Positions 1 to 10,674 of a DNA stretch of 64,000 nucleotides are shown piece by piece (the first letter of the stretch is position 1; each line of letters begins with the position of its first letter). Source of the stretch: Thalassobaculaceae bacterium (lineage in GTDB: Bacteria; Pseudomonadota; Alphaproteobacteria; Thalassobaculales; Thalassobaculaceae); assembly GCA_965228875.1 (NCBI GenBank), contig OZ245843.1:1098616-1162615 (forward strand). Direction: 5' to 3'. The position numbers and the translations under genes are program-made. The notes under the pieces were generated by a model. That model ran no database searches. It saw nothing but the letters and a program-made list of their open reading frames with translations, and had not been told where the DNA came from.

Positions 1-27
1 CAGGGTAGATACAACCTTCAACGTCAC
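1..27 (-). CDS. Possible 5' end of a divergent gene running off the window (MTLKVVSTL...)
   Basis: GTG at 27 on the minus strand with GGAGG (33-37) 5 nt upstream; AT-rich promoter-like region at 40-135. Confidence 0.3.
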
Positions 28-261
28 TCAAGCCTCCGGTTCGACGATTCGAAATCGAGTCGAAAACGCATATCTGAAGGTCAATATAGCAAAAGGCTTT
101 CAGAACTGTAATCTCCTAATCATCTAGGCAATCGAAGCGTGGCGTGCCGTAGTCCGACGGGCTGGAGACCGGAACGCCACCCTGGCTCCGCTGCCCCACT
201 CCCATGGCGCCCCGACGCTGATAGGATGTCCGATACAGCGCACATTGACGCGGGAGAGGGC

Positions 262-1182
262 ATGCGGATCGTCATCATGGGGGCCGGCGGAGTCGGCGGA
301 TACTTCGGCGCGCACCTCGCGCAGGCAGGCCACGACGTCGTCTTCGTCGCCCGCGGGCCGCACCTGCAGGCGATGCGGCGGCGCGGACTGCGCCTGGAGG
401 GGGAGCGGGGCGACATCGTCCTTTCCAACGTGGAGGCCACCGATGACCCGGCGACCCTCGACGGTCCGGCCGATGCCATCCTGTTCGCAGTCAAGCTCTA
501 CGACACCGAGAGTGCCGGCGCGGCCCTGAAGCCGCTGGTCGGGCCGGAGACGATGGTGGTGAGCCTGCAGAACGGCGTCGACGGTCCCGAACGGTTGGCG
601 TCCGTTCTCGGCGGCGGTGCGGTCCTGGGGGGCGCCGCATACGTGTCGGCGCTGATCGCGGAGCCCGGAACGGTGCGCTACACCTCCGATATGTCGCGCA
701 TCGTCTTCGGCGAACTGGACGGGACGGTGTCGGCAAGGGCCGAGGCGCTGGCCGGTGCCTGCGGTGCCGCGGGGTTCGCCGCCGACGTCTCGGCGGACAT
801 CTGCGCGACCCTGTGGGAGAAGTTCGTCCTACTCGCCACCAATTCCGCGCTGACGAGCGTCCTGCGCAAGCCCGCCGGCGAGATCTACCATGACCCCGAG
901 CTGGCCGGTATCGCACGCGAGATGATGGAGGAGGTGGCGGCCCTCGCCGCCGCCGAGGGCGTCGCCATCGCGGCTGACACCGTCGACCGGTCGATCGCGC
1001 TCACCCGGACGTTCCCGGCGGGCATGTATGCATCCATGTACCACGACCTGGCGCGCGGGCGGCGGCTCGAGGCGGAGAGCCTGTCCGGCCTGGTGTCGCG
1101 CCGAGGCCGGGCGCATGGCGTGCCGGTACCATTGCACACCATGGCCTGGGCGGCCCTGAAGCCGTGGGTCGACGGGGCCTGA
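262..1182 (+). CDS. panE: 2-dehydropantoate 2-reductase (ketopantoate reductase, PanE/ApbA family)
   Basis: GAGGVGG Rossmann motif, AVKLYD, SLQNG, LWEKF, SMYHD and RRLE motifs; GGAG RBS before ATG 262 (alternative ATG 226). Confidence 0.85.
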   Translation: MRIVIMGAGGVGGYFGAHLAQAGHDVVFVARGPHLQAMRRRGLRLEGERGDIVLSNVEATDDPATLDGPADAILFAVKLYDTESAGAALKPLVGPETMVVSLQNGVDGPERLASVLGGGAVLGGAAYVSALIAEPGTVRYTSDMSRIVFGELDGTVSARAEALAGACGAAGFAADVSADICATLWEKFVLLATNSALTSVLRKPAGEIYHDPELAGIAREMMEEVAALAAAEGVAIAADTVDRSIALTRTFPAGMYASMYHDLARGRRLEAESLSGLVSRRGRAHGVPVPLHTMAWAALKPWVDGA

Positions 1183-1186
1183 GCCG

Positions 1187-2032
1187 TCAGTCGGACGATC
1201 TGCGTCCCTTGTCCGCGGCGCCTTCGTAGAGGATGCCGTCACGCCGTCTCAGTGCCTCGCGGCACCGCTCGATATCGGCGGCTGCGAACCCGCCCCGCGG
1301 TCGTCCGATGAGCTCGAAATTGCCGAACCGGTCGGTGCCGCTGGCCAGGACGGACATCGTCTTCACCCCCGAGGTCTGTCGCATGCTCGGCTTGATGTAG
1401 CGGATGGCGAGGCCGATCCGGCGATCGTCGGAGCCGTTGGGGTGGGAGGCGTGGAAGATCCGACCGTGATGCAGGGACATCTCCCCCGGCTGTAGTTCGA
1501 CATCGACCGCGTCCGCGTCATCGACCTCCACGGCGATCTCCTGGCCGCGCGTGAGCAGGTTGTCGGGGTCGAACGTGTCGGTGTGGGGCACGATCTCCTG
1601 GGTGTGGCTGCCGGGCACGAAGCGCATGCAGCCGCTCTCGACGGTCGCGGGCGACAGCGCCACCCAGGCCGTCACCTTGTCGGTCTGGTCGAGGCCCCAG
1701 TAGGTGAGATCCTGGTGCCAGGAGACGAAGCTCTTGGTCCGTGGTTCCTTGGTGAAGAAGGAGCAGGCCCAGACCAGCAGGTCGTTGCCGAGGATCTCCG
1801 CGACCGGTCCGACGACGGCGGGGTCGCAGACAGCATCGTAGTATTCCGGGATCATCATGTGCGGCATGCCGACGACCATGGCCTTGATCTCGGGGCTCGG
1901 CGCGTTGGCTTCGCCTTCCTCCAGCAGCCGACGCAATGTGGCGGCATGGCCGGTGTCGAGGGCGCGGATCGGAAAGGCGTAGCCGTCGCGGTCGAAACTT
2001 GCGGCAAGGGGGGATGCGGGTTGCGCGACCAT
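1187..2032 (-). CDS. Phytanoyl-CoA dioxygenase (PhyH) family Fe(II)/2-oxoglutarate dioxygenase
   Basis: WHQD (HxD), GCMRFVPGSH, distal His in IFHAS, DRRIGL; GAGGAG RBS. The real gene is the C-terminal 281 aa of the 1008-aa track ORF. Confidence 0.88.
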   Translation of the reverse strand: MVAQPASPLAASFDRDGYAFPIRALDTGHAATLRRLLEEGEANAPSPEIKAMVVGMPHMMIPEYYDAVCDPAVVGPVAEILGNDLLVWACSFFTKEPRTKSFVSWHQDLTYWGLDQTDKVTAWVALSPATVESGCMRFVPGSHTQEIVPHTDTFDPDNLLTRGQEIAVEVDDADAVDVELQPGEMSLHHGRIFHASHPNGSDDRRIGLAIRYIKPSMRQTSGVKTMSVLASGTDRFGNFELIGRPRGGFAAADIERCREALRRRDGILYEGAADKGRRSSD

Positions 2033-2266
2033 GATTTCCTCCTCATCCGCCCCCGTATTGTTTGAGCTTCCTGCGATCGGGAGCGTTCCACAACCTAGAT
2101 ACACCAGGCGGTAGCGGCGGTCAGCCGGCTGAATGGGACGGCGCTCGCCCTGCGAAATCCATTGCGTTCGGGCCGGTGCATCGGCACTACATCGACACGC
2201 GCACCGGCGGCGGAATCCGTTCGCCGCGGATTTCCTTGGATGTTGGAATTCAGGTAAGTGGACGAA

Positions 2267-4021
2267 ATGAATATTTTCAATTGGATGAAAGATGAAATTA
2301 AGACGGTGCTGAAGGATATGGCCACGCGGGAAGGCTGGTCGGACGGGTTGCCGATCGACCGTATCACCGCCGAGCCGCCGCGCGATCCCTCCCATGGCGA
2401 CATTGCGACCAACGCCCCCATGGTCCTGGCGAAACCTGTCGGGACCAAGCCGCGCGCGATCGCCGAGCCGCTGGCCGAGGCGCTGCGCGGGCTCGACACG
2501 GTGGAGAGCGTGGAGGTCGCGGGGCCCGGATTCATCAACATCCGGCTGTCCACGGCGCTCTGGGTGGAGCAGCTTGCCAAGATCCTGGAGGCCGGGACCG
2601 GTTACGGAGGGTCGTCCCTCGGCGGGGGGCGCCGCGTCAACGTCGAGTACGTTTCCGCCAACCCGACAGGACCGCTGCACGCTGCCCACGCGCGCGGCGC
2701 GGTGTTCGGCGACGCGCTGGCGGCGCTGCTGGAGAAGGCGGGATACGATGTCGGCCGCGAATACTACATCAACGATGCCGGCGCCCAGGTCGAGACGCTG
2801 GCCCGCTCGGCCTACCTGCGCTACCGCGAGGCGCTGGGCGAGACGGTGACGATCCCCGACGGGCACTATCCGGGCGAGTATCTGAAGGATGTCGGCAGGG
2901 CGATCGCCGAGCGTGACGGCGGCAGATGGCTGGAGGAGCCGGAGGACGCGTGGCTGGAGTCGTTCCGGGCCTTTGCCGTCGAGCTGATGATGACGGATAT
3001 CGAGAAGGACCTGATCGCTCTCGGCATCCGGATGGACCGGTTCTCCTCCGAGCGGGCGCTGGTCGCCGACGGCGCCGTCGACCGGGTTCTGGCCCGCCTC
3101 GAGGCCGGGGGGCTCGTCTATACCGGCGTGCTGGAGCCGCCCAAGGGCAAGACGCCGGAGGATTGGGAGCCGCGGCCGCAGCTGTTGTTCAAGGCGACGG
3201 CGTTCGGCGACGACGTGGATCGGCCGCTCAAGAAGTCCGACGGCTCTTGGACGTACTTCTCGAACGACATCGCCTATCACCTGGACAAGCTGGAGCGCGG
3301 CTATCCGGAGATGATCGACGTGTGGGGCGCCGATCACGGCGGCTACGTGAAGCGGATGAAGGCGGCGGTGACGGCGCTGACCGGTGGCGAGGGCAGTCTC
3401 GACGTCAAGCTGTGTCAGCTCGTGCACCTGTTCGACGGCGGCAGGCCGGTGCGGATGTCGAAGCGGGCCGGAACGTTCGTGACCCTCGCCGACGTGCTTG
3501 AGGCGGTCGGCCCGGACGTGCTCCGGTTCATCATGCTCACCCGGCGAAACGACCAGACGCTGGAGTTCGACTACCAGAAGGTCCGCGAGCAGAGCCGGGA
3601 CAATCCGGTGTTCTATGTGCAGTATGCGCACGCTCGGGCCTGTTCGGTGATTCGCCACGCCGCCGAGGCCTTCGCCGGGACCGACCTCTCGGACGCCGCG
3701 CTTTCCAAGGCTTCCGGGGCTTCCTTGACCGACCCGGACGAGATTGGTCTCATCAAGCTGCTCGCGAGCTGGCCGCGTGTCGTGGAGAGCGCGGCGGAAG
3801 CGCACGAGCCGCATCGCGTCGCGTTCTATCTCGGAGATGTCGCGGCCGCGTTCCACGGCCTGTGGAACAAGGGCAGGGAGGATGCCCGGCTGCGCTTCAT
3901 CCTTGAGGATGACCGCGACACGACCCTGGCCCGCATGGCCCTGGTGCGGGCGACGGCCACGGTGGTCGCGTCCGGTCTCGGGGTGATGGGCGTCACTCCG
4001 GTGGAGGAGCTTAGGGAATGA
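2267..4021 (+). CDS. argS: Arginine--tRNA ligase
   Basis: [12 protein letters not shown] (HIGH-like), [23 protein letters not shown]. Confidence 0.97.
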   Translation: MNIFNWMKDEIKTVLKDMATREGWSDGLPIDRITAEPPRDPSHGDIATNAPMVLAKPVGTKPRAIAEPLAEALRGLDTVESVEVAGPGFINIRLSTALWVEQLAKILEAGTGYGGSSLGGGRRVNVEYVSANPTGPLHAAHARGAVFGDALAALLEKAGYDVGREYYINDAGAQVETLARSAYLRYREALGETVTIPDGHYPGEYLKDVGRAIAERDGGRWLEEPEDAWLESFRAFAVELMMTDIEKDLIALGIRMDRFSSERALVADGAVDRVLARLEAGGLVYTGVLEPPKGKTPEDWEPRPQLLFKATAFGDDVDRPLKKSDGSWTYFSNDIAYHLDKLERGYPEMIDVWGADHGGYVKRMKAAVTALTGGEGSLDVKLCQLVHLFDGGRPVRMSKRAGTFVTLADVLEAVGPDVLRFIMLTRRNDQTLEFDYQKVREQSRDNPVFYVQYAHARACSVIRHAAEAFAGTDLSDAALSKASGASLTDPDEIGLIKLLASWPRVVESAAEAHEPHRVAFYLGDVAAAFHGLWNKGREDARLRFILEDDRDTTLARMALVRATATVVASGLGVMGVTPVEELRE

Positions 4022-5088
4022 GCCAAGACAGGGACGCCCTGCAGGCGGACGCGCTCGACCGTCCCGGCCCGCCACCGGAACTGCGCGATCCGCCGCGCCG
4101 GTCCCGTGCCCTCGGAGCGTTCCTGGCGACTTTCGCGCTGGCGGCCTTCGCCGGCGTGGTCTGGTACGCCTATGACCGTGGCCTGCAGGCCGGCAGCGAG
4201 GCGACCGCGCCACTGATCCAGGCCGACAGGTCGCCGATCAAGGTGCGTCCGGAACAACCCGGCGGCCTGGACGTGCCCAATCAGGACAAGCTGGTCTACG
4301 GCGCATTGCGTCCTGGCCAGGGCGAGGGCGCGACGGTGGAACGGTTGCTGCCGCCGCCGGAGGCGCCGGCGGAACCGCCGAAGCCGCTGGCCATACCCGA
4401 ACCCGTGGCGCAGGACGGGGAGGATCGCGGCGGTCCGGTCCCGACGGCGCCCGACATCGGCGCCTTGGCAGGCGGCGCCGGTGGTGTCGCGTCGGCACCG
4501 GCCGGATCGACGACCGTGACGATTCCGCCGCGTACGCCCAAACCCGTGACCACCCAACCGGCGACCGGCAATGCGCCCGCCGCGGCACCGCCCGCGCCGA
4601 CCCCCGTTTCGCCTCCCTCGCCACAGCCGGCTGCGCAGCCGGCACCTGCTCCGGCAGCACAGCCCGGGTCGGACGATATCCCGCCGGCTCAGGCTTCGGC
4701 TCCGGTGGCGATCGCGCCGCCGCCACCCGTTCCCCAGCCACCTGTGCCGCAGCCGAAACCCGAGGTCGCGGTCGCGCCGCCGCAACCCGCCCCAGCCCCG
4801 CAGCAGGCGGCAGCGCCGCCACCCGCCCCGGCGCCCTCCGGCCAGTTCCGGGTGCAGCTCGGCGCGTTCCGCGACGAGGCGGCGGCGCGGCGCGAGTGGG
4901 ATCGACTGACCCGTCGCTATCCGAATGAACTGTCGGGGCTTACCCTTCGGATTCAGCGGGTCGATCTCGGTGCGGGCAAGGGCGTGTTCCACCGCATTCA
5001 GGGCGGCATGCTGAGCGAGGCGGCCGCCGACGGGATCTGCGCGACGCTCAAGGCCCGCAATCAGGGCTGCCTCCTGGTCCGTCCCTAG
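4018..5088 (+). CDS. SPOR-domain cell division protein (FtsN-like)
   Basis: N-terminal TM helix, Pro/Ala-rich linker, C-terminal SPOR domain (FRVQLGAF...C...C); conserved position between argS and nagZ. Confidence 0.85.
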   Translation: MSQDRDALQADALDRPGPPPELRDPPRRSRALGAFLATFALAAFAGVVWYAYDRGLQAGSEATAPLIQADRSPIKVRPEQPGGLDVPNQDKLVYGALRPGQGEGATVERLLPPPEAPAEPPKPLAIPEPVAQDGEDRGGPVPTAPDIGALAGGAGGVASAPAGSTTVTIPPRTPKPVTTQPATGNAPAAAPPAPTPVSPPSPQPAAQPAPAPAAQPGSDDIPPAQASAPVAIAPPPPVPQPPVPQPKPEVAVAPPQPAPAPQQAAAPPPAPAPSGQFRVQLGAFRDEAAARREWDRLTRRYPNELSGLTLRIQRVDLGAGKGVFHRIQGGMLSEAAADGICATLKARNQGCLLVRP

Positions 5089-5089
5089 G

Positions 5090-6139
5090 ATGACGCGTGC
5101 CATCGTCTTCGGCTGCGCCGGACCGGTTCTGAGCGACGCGGAACGAGAGTTCTTCCGCGAGGTCGATCCCTACGGCTTCATTCTGTTCGCCCGCAATGTC
5201 GTGGACCGGGTTCAGGTGCGAGCCCTGGTCGAGGACCTGCGCGGGTGCGTTACCCACCCCTACGCACCGGTGCTTGTCGACCAGGAGGGCGGTCGCGTCC
5301 GCCGGCTGCGCCCGCCGGAGTGGCGCGACTACCGCGCGCCGGGCGTCTTCCGAAACGCGTTCGCCGAACGCCCGGACGCGGCGCTCGAGGCCTTTGCTCT
5401 TTCGGCCGAACTGATGGCCGGCGATCTGTTCGACCTCGGCATCGATGTCGACTGCGTGCCGATGCTCGACATCCGCCAGCCGGATTCCGACACCCAGGTG
5501 ATCGGCGACAGGGCGTTGGGTGACGACGCCGACACCGTGATCCGCCTGGGCGAGGCCGTCGTCGCCGGAATCGAACGGGCCGGCGTGTGCGGCGTCATCA
5601 AACACCTGCCGGGCCACGGCCGTTCGATCGTCGACAGCCATACCGACCTGCCGCGGATCGACGCCGACCGGGACGCGCTGCGGGCGGTCGACTTCGCGCC
5701 TTTCCGTCACTTCGCCGGGAGTGTCCCTTACGGCATGACGGGACACCTGCTGTACACCGCGATCGATGCGGAGACCCCGTCGACCCTGTCGCGGGTGGTC
5801 GTCGGAGAGGTGATCCGCGGCGAGATCGGCTTCGACGGCCTGCTGTTCACCGACGACATCTCCATGGGCGCGCTCGGCGAGAGCGCCGGCGGCGCGCCGA
5901 TCGGCGAGCGCTCGCGCCGGTCGATCGAGGCGGGATGCGACGTGGTCTTGCACTGCAACGGCGACATGGCCGAGATGCGGGCCGTCGCCGAGACGGTCGG
6001 GAGGATGACCGACGCGGCGATCCGGCGGGCGGCGCGGGCCGACGCTCACCGCTCCGCGGTCTCGAGTGCCCGGCGCTCCGTCGATACCGCCGTTCTGCTC
6101 CGGCGCCTGGACGCCCTGATGAAGGACGTGGGCCGATGA
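5090..6139 (+). CDS. nagZ: Beta-N-acetylhexosaminidase (GH3)
   Basis: ILFARN, DQEGGRV, KHLPGHG...DSH, FTDDISMGAL. Confidence 0.95.
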   Translation: MTRAIVFGCAGPVLSDAEREFFREVDPYGFILFARNVVDRVQVRALVEDLRGCVTHPYAPVLVDQEGGRVRRLRPPEWRDYRAPGVFRNAFAERPDAALEAFALSAELMAGDLFDLGIDVDCVPMLDIRQPDSDTQVIGDRALGDDADTVIRLGEAVVAGIERAGVCGVIKHLPGHGRSIVDSHTDLPRIDADRDALRAVDFAPFRHFAGSVPYGMTGHLLYTAIDAETPSTLSRVVVGEVIRGEIGFDGLLFTDDISMGALGESAGGAPIGERSRRSIEAGCDVVLHCNGDMAEMRAVAETVGRMTDAAIRRAARADAHRSAVSSARRSVDTAVLLRRLDALMKDVGR

Positions 6140-6831
6140 TGTCCGGTCTCGACATCGACAGCTTTCTGCTGAACGCCTCCATCTGGGCGCTACCGGTGCT
6201 GCTGGCCATAACCCTGCACGAGGCCGCCCATGGCTGGGCGGCGGCCAAACTGGGCGATCCGACAGCGCGGCTGATGGGGCGGGTGACGCTGAACCCGTTC
6301 GCCCATGTCGACCTGGTCGGCACGGTGCTGATCCCCGTCGTCCTGCTGCTGATGAACGCGCCGTTCCTGTTCGGCTATGCCAAGCCGGTGCCGGTCAACT
6401 TCTCCCGACTGAACAATCCGCGCCGCGACATGGCGCTGGTGGCGCTGGCCGGCCCGGCCTCCAATATCCTGCTCGCGGTGCTTGGGGCGCTGGCCTTCCA
6501 TCTGGTCCCGGTACTCCCATCGCTCGCCACCGAGTGGTCGGCGGAGATGCTGCAGCGCCTCGTGCTCCTGAACCTGATTCTGGCGGTCTTCAACATGCTG
6601 CCGATCCCGCCATTGGACGGGGGGCGGATCCTGGTGTCGATCCTGCCGGACTGGGCGGCGTGGAAGGTTGCGCGTCTGGAACGGGCCGGACTGTTCATCG
6701 TGATCGGCGTGCTGTTCTTGCTGCCGTACCTGGCGCGGGAACTCGGGTACAGTATCGATGTCACCGGCTACCTGATCTGGGCGCCGGTGGACTTTCTCAT
6801 GTCGGTGATCGCGACTCTGACCGGTCACTGA
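6136..6831 (+). CDS. Site-2 protease (M50) family membrane metalloprotease
   Basis: HEAAH (HExxH), AGPASN, FNMLPIPPLDGG; ATGA overlap with nagZ stop. Confidence 0.92.
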   Translation: MMSGLDIDSFLLNASIWALPVLLAITLHEAAHGWAAAKLGDPTARLMGRVTLNPFAHVDLVGTVLIPVVLLLMNAPFLFGYAKPVPVNFSRLNNPRRDMALVALAGPASNILLAVLGALAFHLVPVLPSLATEWSAEMLQRLVLLNLILAVFNMLPIPPLDGGRILVSILPDWAAWKVARLERAGLFIVIGVLFLLPYLARELGYSIDVTGYLIWAPVDFLMSVIATLTGH

Positions 6832-6846
6832 GGAGGGGGCGTCCCG

Positions 6847-7683
6847 TTGGCGACGATCGAACCGTTCGAGAACCCCGAGCCGGACTACCGCCGCCGCGAG
6901 CCGGTGCAGCTCTCTCTGTTCCTGAATCTTGACGGCTTCGAGGGCCCGATCGACGTGCTCCTGACCCTGGCGCGGGAGCAGAAGGTCGATCTGCATCAGA
7001 TTTCCATCCTGGCGTTGGCCGAACAGTATCTGCTGTTCATCCAGCAGGCCCAGAGCCTCAACCTGGAACTGGCGGCCGACTATCTGGTCATGGCGGCTTG
7101 GCTCGCCTACCTGAAGTCGCGCCTTCTGCTCCCGCCGGACGACAGCGACGACGAGGAGATGGACCCCGCCGCGCTCGCCGAAGCGCTACGGTTCCAACTG
7201 CAGCGCCTGGAGGCGATGCAGGATGCCGGGCGCAAGCTGATGGGGCGCGCCCAGCTTGGCGTCGATGTCTTCTCCCGCGGCGCCCCGGAGAACATCTCGG
7301 CCCGTTTCCGCTCGGTCTACGACGTGACCCTGTACGACCTGCTGCGGGCCTACGGCGACCAGCACGCGCGCAAGCAGCACCAGACGCTGCGGATCGCGGC
7401 CACCGACCTGTATGCGGTCGAGGATGCGGTCGAGCGGTTGGGCGCCTTCGTCGGTCGGGTGCCGAAATGGCGGATGCTGTTCACGTTTCTGCCGGAGGGG
7501 CTGCGGGGTTCGCTGCTGATCCGTTCGGCCATGGCCTCGCATCTAGTGGCCGGCCTGCAGCTCGCCAAGGACGGCGCGGCGGAACTGCGGCAGGATGAGA
7601 CGTTCGGGCCGATCTGGTTGCGTTCCGGTCCGCAAGAGCGCGCGGGAGGAGGGGACGGCGACCGCAGGGACGGTGAGGCATGA
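6847..7683 (+). CDS. scpA: Segregation and condensation protein A
   Basis: FEGPIDVLL, AADYLVMAAWLAYLKSRLLLP; TTG start after GAGGAGG. Confidence 0.95.
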   Translation: MATIEPFENPEPDYRRREPVQLSLFLNLDGFEGPIDVLLTLAREQKVDLHQISILALAEQYLLFIQQAQSLNLELAADYLVMAAWLAYLKSRLLLPPDDSDDEEMDPAALAEALRFQLQRLEAMQDAGRKLMGRAQLGVDVFSRGAPENISARFRSVYDVTLYDLLRAYGDQHARKQHQTLRIAATDLYAVEDAVERLGAFVGRVPKWRMLFTFLPEGLRGSLLIRSAMASHLVAGLQLAKDGAAELRQDETFGPIWLRSGPQERAGGGDGDRRDGEA

Positions 7684-8387
7684 GCAACGCACCGGAACGG
7701 AATGAAGAGGCGGAACTGCCGGACCTGCTGGTCGATCCGGCGGAGCGCGTGCGCTGGCTGCGCTTCGTGGAGGCGCTGCTGTTCGCCAGCGCCGAGCCGG
7801 TGGACGAGGGGGAACTGCGCCGGCGGATCCCCGAGGAGATCGACGTGCGCGGCCTGCTCGGCGAACTGGCGGAGCATTACGACGGGAGGGGCGTCGTGCT
7901 CACGCGGTCCGGTACGCGCTGGGCCTTCCGCACGGCCGTCGACCTCGGCCCGATGCTGCGCCACGAGCGCCCGCAGCGGCGCAAACTGTCGCGCGCCGCG
8001 ATCGAGACGCTGGCGATCCTCGCCTACCACCAGCCCACGACTCGGGCGGAGGTCGAGGAGATCCGCGGCGTCGCGCTGTCGAAGGGAACCATGGACACGT
8101 TGCTCGAGGCCGGCTGGATCGCGCCGCGCGGACGCCGGGAGACGCCGGGCAGGCCGTTGCAATGGGGAACGACCAACGCCTTCCTCGATCATTTCGGGCT
8201 GGAGTCGCTCAAGGAACTTCCCGGCGTGGAGGAACTGCGGGCAGCCGGCCTGCTGGACCGCCGCTCAGGCGCGACCAGCATCGCCATGCAGCAGGAGGAC
8301 CTGGAGGAGGACGAGCAAGAGGACGAGGATATCCAGCTCGATTTCCTCCCGGACACCAACGACCCCGATGCCGGCGATCAACCGTGA
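7680..8387 (+). CDS. scpB: SMC-Scp complex subunit B
   Basis: EALLFAS, LSRAAIETLAILAYHQP, RGV, PGRP, FLDHFGL. Confidence 0.95.
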   Translation: MSNAPERNEEAELPDLLVDPAERVRWLRFVEALLFASAEPVDEGELRRRIPEEIDVRGLLGELAEHYDGRGVVLTRSGTRWAFRTAVDLGPMLRHERPQRRKLSRAAIETLAILAYHQPTTRAEVEEIRGVALSKGTMDTLLEAGWIAPRGRRETPGRPLQWGTTNAFLDHFGLESLKELPGVEELRAAGLLDRRSGATSIAMQQEDLEEDEQEDEDIQLDFLPDTNDPDAGDQP

Positions 8388-8460
8388 GGCGGCGCGTCGG
8401 AGATCGGATTCGTTTCCCGGCTCCTTGTCGCGCTGTCGGTGGATGTGTATCTGACACGCC

Positions 8461-9633
8461 ATGACCGCCGCCGATCTCCGCCTTTCCCCGCCGCCGGACT
8501 CGGCGGCCCTGCCAGCCCTGCACATGACCGGGCTGCGCCACGCCTATGGCTCCGTGCGGGCGGTCGACGGGGTCGACGTGTCGGTCGGACCGGGCGAGGT
8601 CGTCTGTCTGCTCGGCCCCTCTGGATGCGGCAAGACGACGGTGCTTCGGCTTGCCGCCGGCCTTGAGGACCTGCAGGAGGGGAGCGTCGCGCTCGACGGC
8701 CGCGTGGTCGCGGGCCGCGGTGTCGCGACCCCGCCGGAACAGCGCGGTGTCGGCCTGGTGTTTCAGGACTACGCCCTGTTTCCGCATCTCGACGTCATGG
8801 GCAACGTGACCTTCGGGCTGACCGACTGGCCTGCGGCGGAGCGGGAGCGACGCGGCCGCGAGGTGCTTTCGCTTGTCGGCCTGGCCGATATGGCGGGTGC
8901 GTTTCCCCACGAGCTTTCCGGCGGTCAGCAGCAGCGCGTGGCGCTTGCCCGCGCCCTGGCGCCAAAGCCCCGGGTGGTTCTGCTGGACGAGCCGTATTCG
9001 GGCCTCGATGCCCGGTTGCGCGACCGCGTGCGCGACGAGGTGCTGCACATCCTCAAGTCCAGCGGGTCGGCCTGCCTGATGGTGACGCACGATTCCGAGG
9101 AAGCCATGTTCATGGCGGACCGGATCGCCGTGATGCGGGACGGCCGGATCGTTCAGCAGGGATCGCCGACGGACCTCTACTGCCGTCCGGCGGATGCCTT
9201 CGTCGCCGGGTTCTTCGGCGAGGTGAACAGCATCGGGGGCAGGGTGCGCGACGGGACCGTCCAGACCCTGGCGGGTCCGATTTCCGCGCCCGGCCACGCG
9301 GATGGCGAGGCGGTGGCGGTTGTCATCCGTCCGGAAAGCGTCCGGGTCGAGCCCTGGTCCGAGCCGGTCACCGCCGGTTCTGGCGTCGGCGTTTCCGGCG
9401 CCGGCGGTCCTGGCGCCGGTGATTCTGGCGCGGGGGAACCAGTCGGCGTTGTCGAGCAGGCGCGGCTGCTCGGCAGCACCAGTCTCGTTCATGTGACCAT
9501 GCGCGGCACCGGCGATCGCGCGGACGAGACCCTGCACCTGCATGCACGCGCGCCGGGCATCTTTCTGCCACGTTCCGGGACGCGGGTACGGGTCGTTATC
9601 GACCCGACGCAAACCTTTGTCTTCGCAGCCTGA
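8461..9633 (+). CDS. ABC transporter ATP-binding protein, Fe(III)/polyamine (FbpC/PotA-like) type
   Basis: Walker A GPSGCGKT, FQDYALFPHL, LSGGQQQRVALARAL, LLDEP, VTHD; C-terminal TOBE-like region. Confidence 0.92.
   Translation: MTAADLRLSPPPDSAALPALHMTGLRHAYGSVRAVDGVDVSVGPGEVVCLLGPSGCGKTTVLRLAAGLEDLQEGSVALDGRVVAGRGVATPPEQRGVGLVFQDYALFPHLDVMGNVTFGLTDWPAAERERRGREVLSLVGLADMAGAFPHELSGGQQQRVALARALAPKPRVVLLDEPYSGLDARLRDRVRDEVLHILKSSGSACLMVTHDSEEAMFMADRIAVMRDGRIVQQGSPTDLYCRPADAFVAGFFGEVNSIGGRVRDGTVQTLAGPISAPGHADGEAVAVVIRPESVRVEPWSEPVTAGSGVGVSGAGGPGAGDSGAGEPVGVVEQARLLGSTSLVHVTMRGTGDRADETLHLHARAPGIFLPRSGTRVRVVIDPTQTFVFAA
9373..9432 (+). repeat. 4 x 15-bp degenerate in-frame tandem repeat (AGSGV/GVSGA/GGPGA/GDSGA)
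   Basis: gccggttctggcgtc ggcgtttccggcgcc ggcggtcctggcgcc ggtgattctggcgcg. Confidence 0.7.
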
Positions 9634-9780
9634 CACCCCATCTGAAACGGCGGGCGCGACTGCGTTGCCGCGCGACAGGTTGGTCGTGTATGGTCCGCCC
9701 GAAAACTAGGGCATGATCCGGCCGCAATCGCCCGGTACGGTCGGAGAATCATCCCCTGACCCGAATGTTTGGAGCGTTTC

Positions 9781-10017
9781 ATGGGTACCTTCAGCATCTG
9801 GCACTGGCTCGTTGTCCTTGCCGTCGTGCTTCTGCTGTTCGGCGGTAAAGGCAAGATCTCCAGCCTGATGGGCGATTTCGGCAAAGGCCTGCGCAACTTC
9901 AAGCAGGGCATGAAGCCGGAGGACGAAGAGGCGGACACCGCCAACAAGTCGGTCGCCGACGAGAGCGACAAGAAGCAGGGCGTCGACAAGCCGACCGATC
10001 AGGCCGTCAAGAGCTGA
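9781..10017 (+). CDS. tatA: Twin-arginine translocase subunit TatA
   Basis: [12 protein letters not shown]...LLFG, amphipathic helix [11 protein letters not shown]. Confidence 0.95.
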   Translation: MGTFSIWHWLVVLAVVLLLFGGKGKISSLMGDFGKGLRNFKQGMKPEDEEADTANKSVADESDKKQGVDKPTDQAVKS

Positions 10018-10030
10018 TCTCCATCGCCCG

Positions 10031-10049
10031 CCGCGCCTCTAAGGCGCGG
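10031..10049 (+). terminator. Intercistronic stem-loop between tatA and tatB
   Basis: CCGCGCCT-CTA-AGGCGCGG perfect 8-bp stem; no U-tract, so more likely an mRNA stabiliser or weak terminator. Confidence 0.5.
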
Positions 10050-10080
10050 TTGGGTGTAAGCGGGCGCAGCGAGGGCCGCC

Positions 10081-10671
10081 ATGTTCGATCTTGGATGGCA
10101 GGAGTTTCTCCTGGTCGCCATCATCGCCGTTATTGTCGTGGGCCCGAAGGACCTTCCCCGGGTGGTGCGGTCCGTCAGCCAATGGGTACGCAAAGCGCGC
10201 TCCATGGCGCGGGAATTTCAGTCCAGCCTCGAGGAAGTAGCCCGCGAGGCCGAACTGGACGATGTGCGCCGCGAGGTGCAGTCGATCTCCAAGGACGGCA
10301 TCGGCAAGAGCCTGGAGAAGCAGTTCGATCCGGACGGATCGATGCGCCAGGGCGTTGAGGACGCACGCACGTCGGTCGGTGCCGAGGAGATCGAGGCGGA
10401 CCTGAAGTCGGTTCAGCAGACCGCCGCACCCGCATCCGAGCCCGCATCCACGCCCGCACCGGCGTCGTCAGCCTCCGCCACACCGGTGATCGAGACGGCC
10501 GAGGACTATGCCGCGAAATCGGTTGCGCCTTCTTCCCCGGCGACTTCGGACTCGTCGTCCGCCACCGGGTCCTCCACTACCGGGGCCGCAACCGAACCCG
10601 CCATCGGATCGACCACCGTATCGGACAAGCCGCGCGCGGCTGCCGGCTCCGCAGCGTCGGGAGAGGGTTGA
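10081..10671 (+). CDS. tatB: Twin-arginine translocase subunit TatB
   Basis: MFDLGWQE...VVGPKDLP; low-complexity Ser/Ala/Thr tail. Confidence 0.95.
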   Translation: MFDLGWQEFLLVAIIAVIVVGPKDLPRVVRSVSQWVRKARSMAREFQSSLEEVAREAELDDVRREVQSISKDGIGKSLEKQFDPDGSMRQGVEDARTSVGAEEIEADLKSVQQTAAPASEPASTPAPASSASATPVIETAEDYAAKSVAPSSPATSDSSSATGSSTTGAATEPAIGSTTVSDKPRAAAGSAASGEG

Positions 10672-10674
10672 GCT

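Noticed and set aside
2033..4213. N-terminal ~730 aa of the 1008-aa minus-strand ORF, apparently a giant PhyH fusion
   Set aside because: It is the antisense shadow of argS, open because of GC3 bias. The PhyH gene has its own RBS and ATG at 2032.
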